55,119 nt of DNA from Octopus sinensis. Lineage: Eukaryota. Of this stretch, positions 51,181-55,119 are shown in pieces (positions within the stretch are counted from its first letter, which is position 1; the number at the start of each line of letters is the position of its first letter). The notes beneath the pieces were generated by a model. It did no database searches. It was given only the letters and a program-made list of their open reading frames with translations, and had not been told where the DNA came from. A program made the position numbers and the translations under genes. The stretch lies in contig NW_021833841.1 in NCBI RefSeq assembly GCF_006345805.1, forward strand, positions 1 to 55,119, read 5' to 3'.

Positions 51181-51549
51181 GTTGAGCGAAGCGGTCTTCG
51201 TCCAAGAGCTCGCAGTGGGAGAAGTCCGAATCGTGGTCCTTTACTATTCGTAAGACCCGTAGAAGAGAAAGCAGGTCAACCCCCGACACCGAGAGCATCG
51301 ACGGATGGATGAATATGCATCCAGGCTCAGCGGTTGCGTAGGAAGTCGGGGATAAGAAACAGGAAGAAAGAGTGAGGGAAAGTTGGTGCGAAAGAGTACA
51401 GCAGGGGTCGCCACCCACCCCCTGCCGGAGCCTCGTGGAGCTTTAGGTGTTTTCGCTCAATAAACACACACAACGCCCGGTCTGGGAATCGAAACCGCGA
51501 TCCTCCGACCGCGAGTCCGCTGCCCTAACCATTGGGCCATTGCGCCTCC
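51181..51549 (-). mobile_element. SINE head A + tail 2
   Basis: Reverse complement colinear with 32174-32530. Confidence 0.9.
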
Positions 51550-51718
51550 TGCTGCTGCTGATGATGGCATTGGTGATGATAATCATGAGGATAATAGTAT
51601 CTTCTCGTCGCCATTGGATTCGTTGTTGTTTAACCCCAGGTTACGCCTTACTGAGCAAACCTATGATTGAAAATATTCTAGCAATGACCAGTTCCGGAAT
51701 TTATTTTCTTTTTTGATA

Positions 51719-52269
51719 TAGGCGTAGGAGTGGCTGGTGGTAGTAGCTTGCTTACGAACCACATGGTTCCGGGTTCAGTCCCACTGCGTGGCACCTTGGG
51801 CAAGTGTCTTCTACTAAAGCCTCGGGCCGACCAAAGTCTTGTGAGTGAATTTGGTAGACAGAAACTGAAAGAAGCCCGTCGTGTGGTAAGTAGCTTGCTA
51901 ACCAACCACATGGTTCCGGGTTCAGTCCCACTGCGTGGCACCTTGGGCAAGTGTCTTCTGCTATAGCCCCGGGCCGACCAATGCCTTGTGAGTAGATTTG
52001 GTAGACGGAAACTGAAAGACGCCCGTCGTAGATATGTATATATATATATATGTGTGTGCGTGTATGTTTGTGTGTCTGTGTTTGTCCCCCTAGCATTGCT
52101 TGACAACCGATGCTGGTGTGTTTACGTCCCCGTTACTTAGCGGTTCGGCAAAAGAGATCAATAGAATAAGTACTGGGCTTACAAAAGAATAAGTCCCGGG
52201 GTCGAGTTGCTCGATTAAAGGCGGTGCTCCAGCATGGCCGCCGTCAAATGACAGAAACAAGTAAAAGAG

Positions 52270-52322
<53 letters not shown>

Positions 52323-52598
52323 TGTGTGTGTGTGTGTGTGTGCATGTGTGTGTGTGTGTGTACGTGTGTGTATATGTTTGTGTGTCTGTGTTTGCCCCAG
52401 CATCGCTTGACAACCAATGCTGGTGTGTTTACGTCCCCGTAACCTAGCGGTTCGGCAAAAGAAACCGATAGAATAAGTACTGGGCTTACAAGGAATAAGT
52501 CCTGGGGTCGATTTGCTCGACTAAAGGCGGTGCTCCCGCATAGCCGCAGTCAAATGACTGAAACAAGTAAAAGAGTAAGAGTAAAAGAGTAAAGAGTA
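51719..52598 (+). mobile_element. Composite SINE group D: head-head-microsatellite-tail-microsatellite-tail
   Basis: Head repeated at about 51740-51880 and 51881-52030; tail repeated at about 52070-52270 and 52375-52598. Confidence 0.85.
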
Positions 52599-54027
52599 AT
52601 GACCAGTTCCTTTTTGTTATAGATGTCATGGACTTAATACTACATTATCAAATACAACAACTGTTATCATTTTTTAAGATGGCGGTATTTGGTTTCAGCG
52701 AAATTTGGTTGCTATATCTAGCAGGTCACTCCAATCACCATATGCAGGGTATGTTTATATTATCTGCTTGCTCTGTCTGTCGTGCTCATGTCTTTGCGAT
52801 TCATGAAAATGTTGATGTTCGTGTTGTTGTTGATGTTGTTGATATTGTTGTTATTGTTGGTGTTGTTGATGTTTGCTTGTTTGTTTGTCGTTCAATTTAT
52901 GGTGAGATGAAGGAAATTAGAAATTGCTTGGTGCCGGCAGTTCTGATAAGAAATGTTATAACATTAATGAATCCAAAATTGGTGCGGAGGACATTGCAGA
53001 AAGAGAAGAAAGACAGAACGAAATGAAAGAAAATGAAAGAAGAAAAAGAAGAGAGGAGGAAGGAAGGATAAAAGAAGAAAGAAAAGGAAAGAGAAAACAA
53101 CTGTATGAATAAAGAAAATAAATTTTAAAATAAATTGAAGCAAAAACAAATATCAAACAAGATGCAGAAAAGTTTTAAGCGGAAAATGAATGGAGAAAAA
53201 GAAAGATTAAGAAAGAGGGAGAATATATAAATGAAAGAAGGAGGAGGAGGAAGGAGAGGGGAGAACGACGATGATGATGATGAGGATGCGGAGGAGGAGG
53301 AGGAGGGGTGAAACCAAAAAGAGAAATGAGAGAGGGAGAGGAGAGTGTGTTTCTGTAAGTGAACGTGGGAGGTAATAGAGAGTGGGGGTAGGGGGCATGT
53401 GAAAGAAAGAAAGAAAGAAAGACAAGTGGGAGGCATATCAGACTGTGGAAGAAGATGCCACCTGCTATTTGTTTCGGTTCTTTACATTCTGAGTTCAAAT
53501 TCTGTCTGGGGATTCAACCACGACTTAAGACCAAGGGTTAGTCACAAGAACGTGGACTTTAATGGATGATGAAAACGCAATGGTTGGAAACAGACTGGGG
53601 CTATCTCAAGATATATAATATATATATGTGTGTGTGTGAGAGAGAGAATGTGTGTGTGTGTGTGTATTATGATGATTATGATAATAATATATATCATCAG
53701 ATTACCCTAATAAGCAATAAAGTGTTACCTGATGATCTATTGTAGTTGAGCATATAGATGCACTTGGAACACCTTCTGGGCTCCAAACAACCATATAATG
53801 TTGAAACGAGCTTGTAAGAACTGTCATATAAACTTGCCCTTATCCTTATTTCTCCTCTTTCTTTCTCTTTCACACACACACACATACACACACACATGCA
53901 CACGCACACACATGCACACACACACATCGTTTGATGCCGCAAATAGCCAATTGTTCCTGATAAGATACTGAAATTCTATATATTGTTGATAGTAAAATTC
54001 GACTGCTATACTGCTACCGGATGTCTA

Positions 54028-54067
54028 CCACTGAAGAGACCAGGCAGGTTAAAATTACGTGATCTGG
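54028..54067 (+). ncRNA. Relic minimal type-I hammerhead motif (probably inactivated)
   Basis: cca CTGAAGA gacc aggca ggtt AAA attacgtgat C tgg; ggtc+GAAA is read as ggtt+AAAA. Confidence 0.5.
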
Positions 54068-54229
54068 CAATTCAGATACCTGTAGCAGACGATAGCTCCC
54101 TGCCAACGAGTTAGTTTTTATGCACCATACGTCTATATGAGAGGTCCTCTCAAAACTAAATAATGCACTAAACCGTATTTTAGCAAAACATCAGATTCCC
54201 ACATATATATATATATGTGTGTGTGTGTG

Positions 54230-54265
<36 letters not shown>

Positions 54266-54314
54266 GTGTGTGTGTGTGCGTGTGTGTGTGTGTCTGTGTG
54301 TGTGTGTATGTGTA

Positions 54315-54935
54315 TACGATGGGGGAGTAAAAAATTATCCATACTTTCGTCATAACATAACTTTATTATTGTCACACTGCCTTCTACGCACTGCGTTCAT
54401 ATAGTTGGTACTATTGTAGTCACGTGATCGAAGTTTGAGCCAGAATGCGCCATTTTTCTTTCTGGTTTTACAATGTAGGCATGGCCGCTACACTAACAAA
54501 GAAGAACAAAGAGCAGGGATCCGATTTCTCTGGCCGGAAGGTTTGTCAGGTGCTGAAATTCATCGGTAGCTTTTAGCACAATACGAGGACAGTGCACTAC
54601 CGCGTAGAAATGTGTATGAGGGGATCGAGAAGTTTACTAGTGGCCTGACAAGCTTGATGCATGAAGAGGGAGCAAGACGCCCGTCTACCCCCACCACCGA
54701 CGAGAATTTTGAGCAAGTTGTAGAGATGGTAATGATGAACCGGCGAAGAGGTATCATCGATGGGGTAGCTTGTTCTCTGCAGATTAGTCTTGGTTCTGCC
54801 TATCAAATCATCTACGATGAGTTCGGCTTCCATAAAGTCTGTGCAAGTTGGGTGTCAAGAGAGCTTACTACAGAGCACAAGCGCAAACGTCTTGAGGCCT
54901 ACCAACGTTTACGCGATCGCTATAGTAATGAGGGC
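54315..54935 (+). pseudogene. mariner transposase, 5' part (left end, HTH region, WVPREL-like motif), interrupted by a SINE
   Basis: TA followed by tacgatgggg at 54313-54324; EQRAGIRFL..SGAEIHR*..RRPST..GFHKVCASWVSRELTTEHKRKRL. Confidence 0.85.
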
Positions 54936-55109
54936 GCTACGTTCCGAGTTAAAATTCCGCCGAGGTCGACTTTGCCTTTCATCCTTTCGGGGTCGATAAA
55001 TTAAGTACCAGTTAAGCACTGGGGTCGATGTAATCGACTGAATCCCTTTGTCTGTCCTTGTTTGTCCCCTCTGTGTGTAGCCCCTTGTGGGTAGTAAAGA
55101 AATATATAA
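54936..55109 (+). mobile_element. 5'-truncated SINE group C (body + X) with TSD of at least 10 bp
   Basis: taatgagggc at 54926-54935 and 55110-55119 (window end). Confidence 0.85.
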
Positions 55110-55119
55110 TAATGAGGGC

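Overview
Repeat-dominated eukaryotic DNA: AT-rich, very dense in microsatellites, and probably from an octopus genome (inferred from my recognition of the SINE and MITE families, not verified). I found no convincing host protein-coding exon, and nearly all listed ORFs are microsatellite or antisense artefacts. Coding remnants: a near-full-length Tx1-group (L1 clade) LINE at about 22402-28275 with a zinc-knuckle ORF1 and an APE-RT ORF2 broken by frameshifts; two older Tx1 fragments; three pieces of R4/Dong-like (restriction-like endonuclease) LINEs associated with (TAA)n; a CR1-group LINE with a clean 5' inversion; and two Tc1/mariner relics. Non-coding mobile DNA: hAT-like and piggyBac-like MITEs and at least four tRNA-derived SINE groups (labelled A-D here). 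Most notable are (i) several minimal type-I hammerhead ribozyme motifs in Penelope-like terminal repeats, one with a U3-A8 compensatory core; (ii) a combinatorial head x tail SINE system, with three variants confirmed by target-site duplications (TSDs); (iii) twin-priming-like inversions outside mammalian L1; (iv) an R4 derivative lacking its RT; and (v) a higher-order repeat next to the Tx1 5' end. All alignments and translations were done by eye, so boundaries are approximate unless fixed by a TSD or motif.
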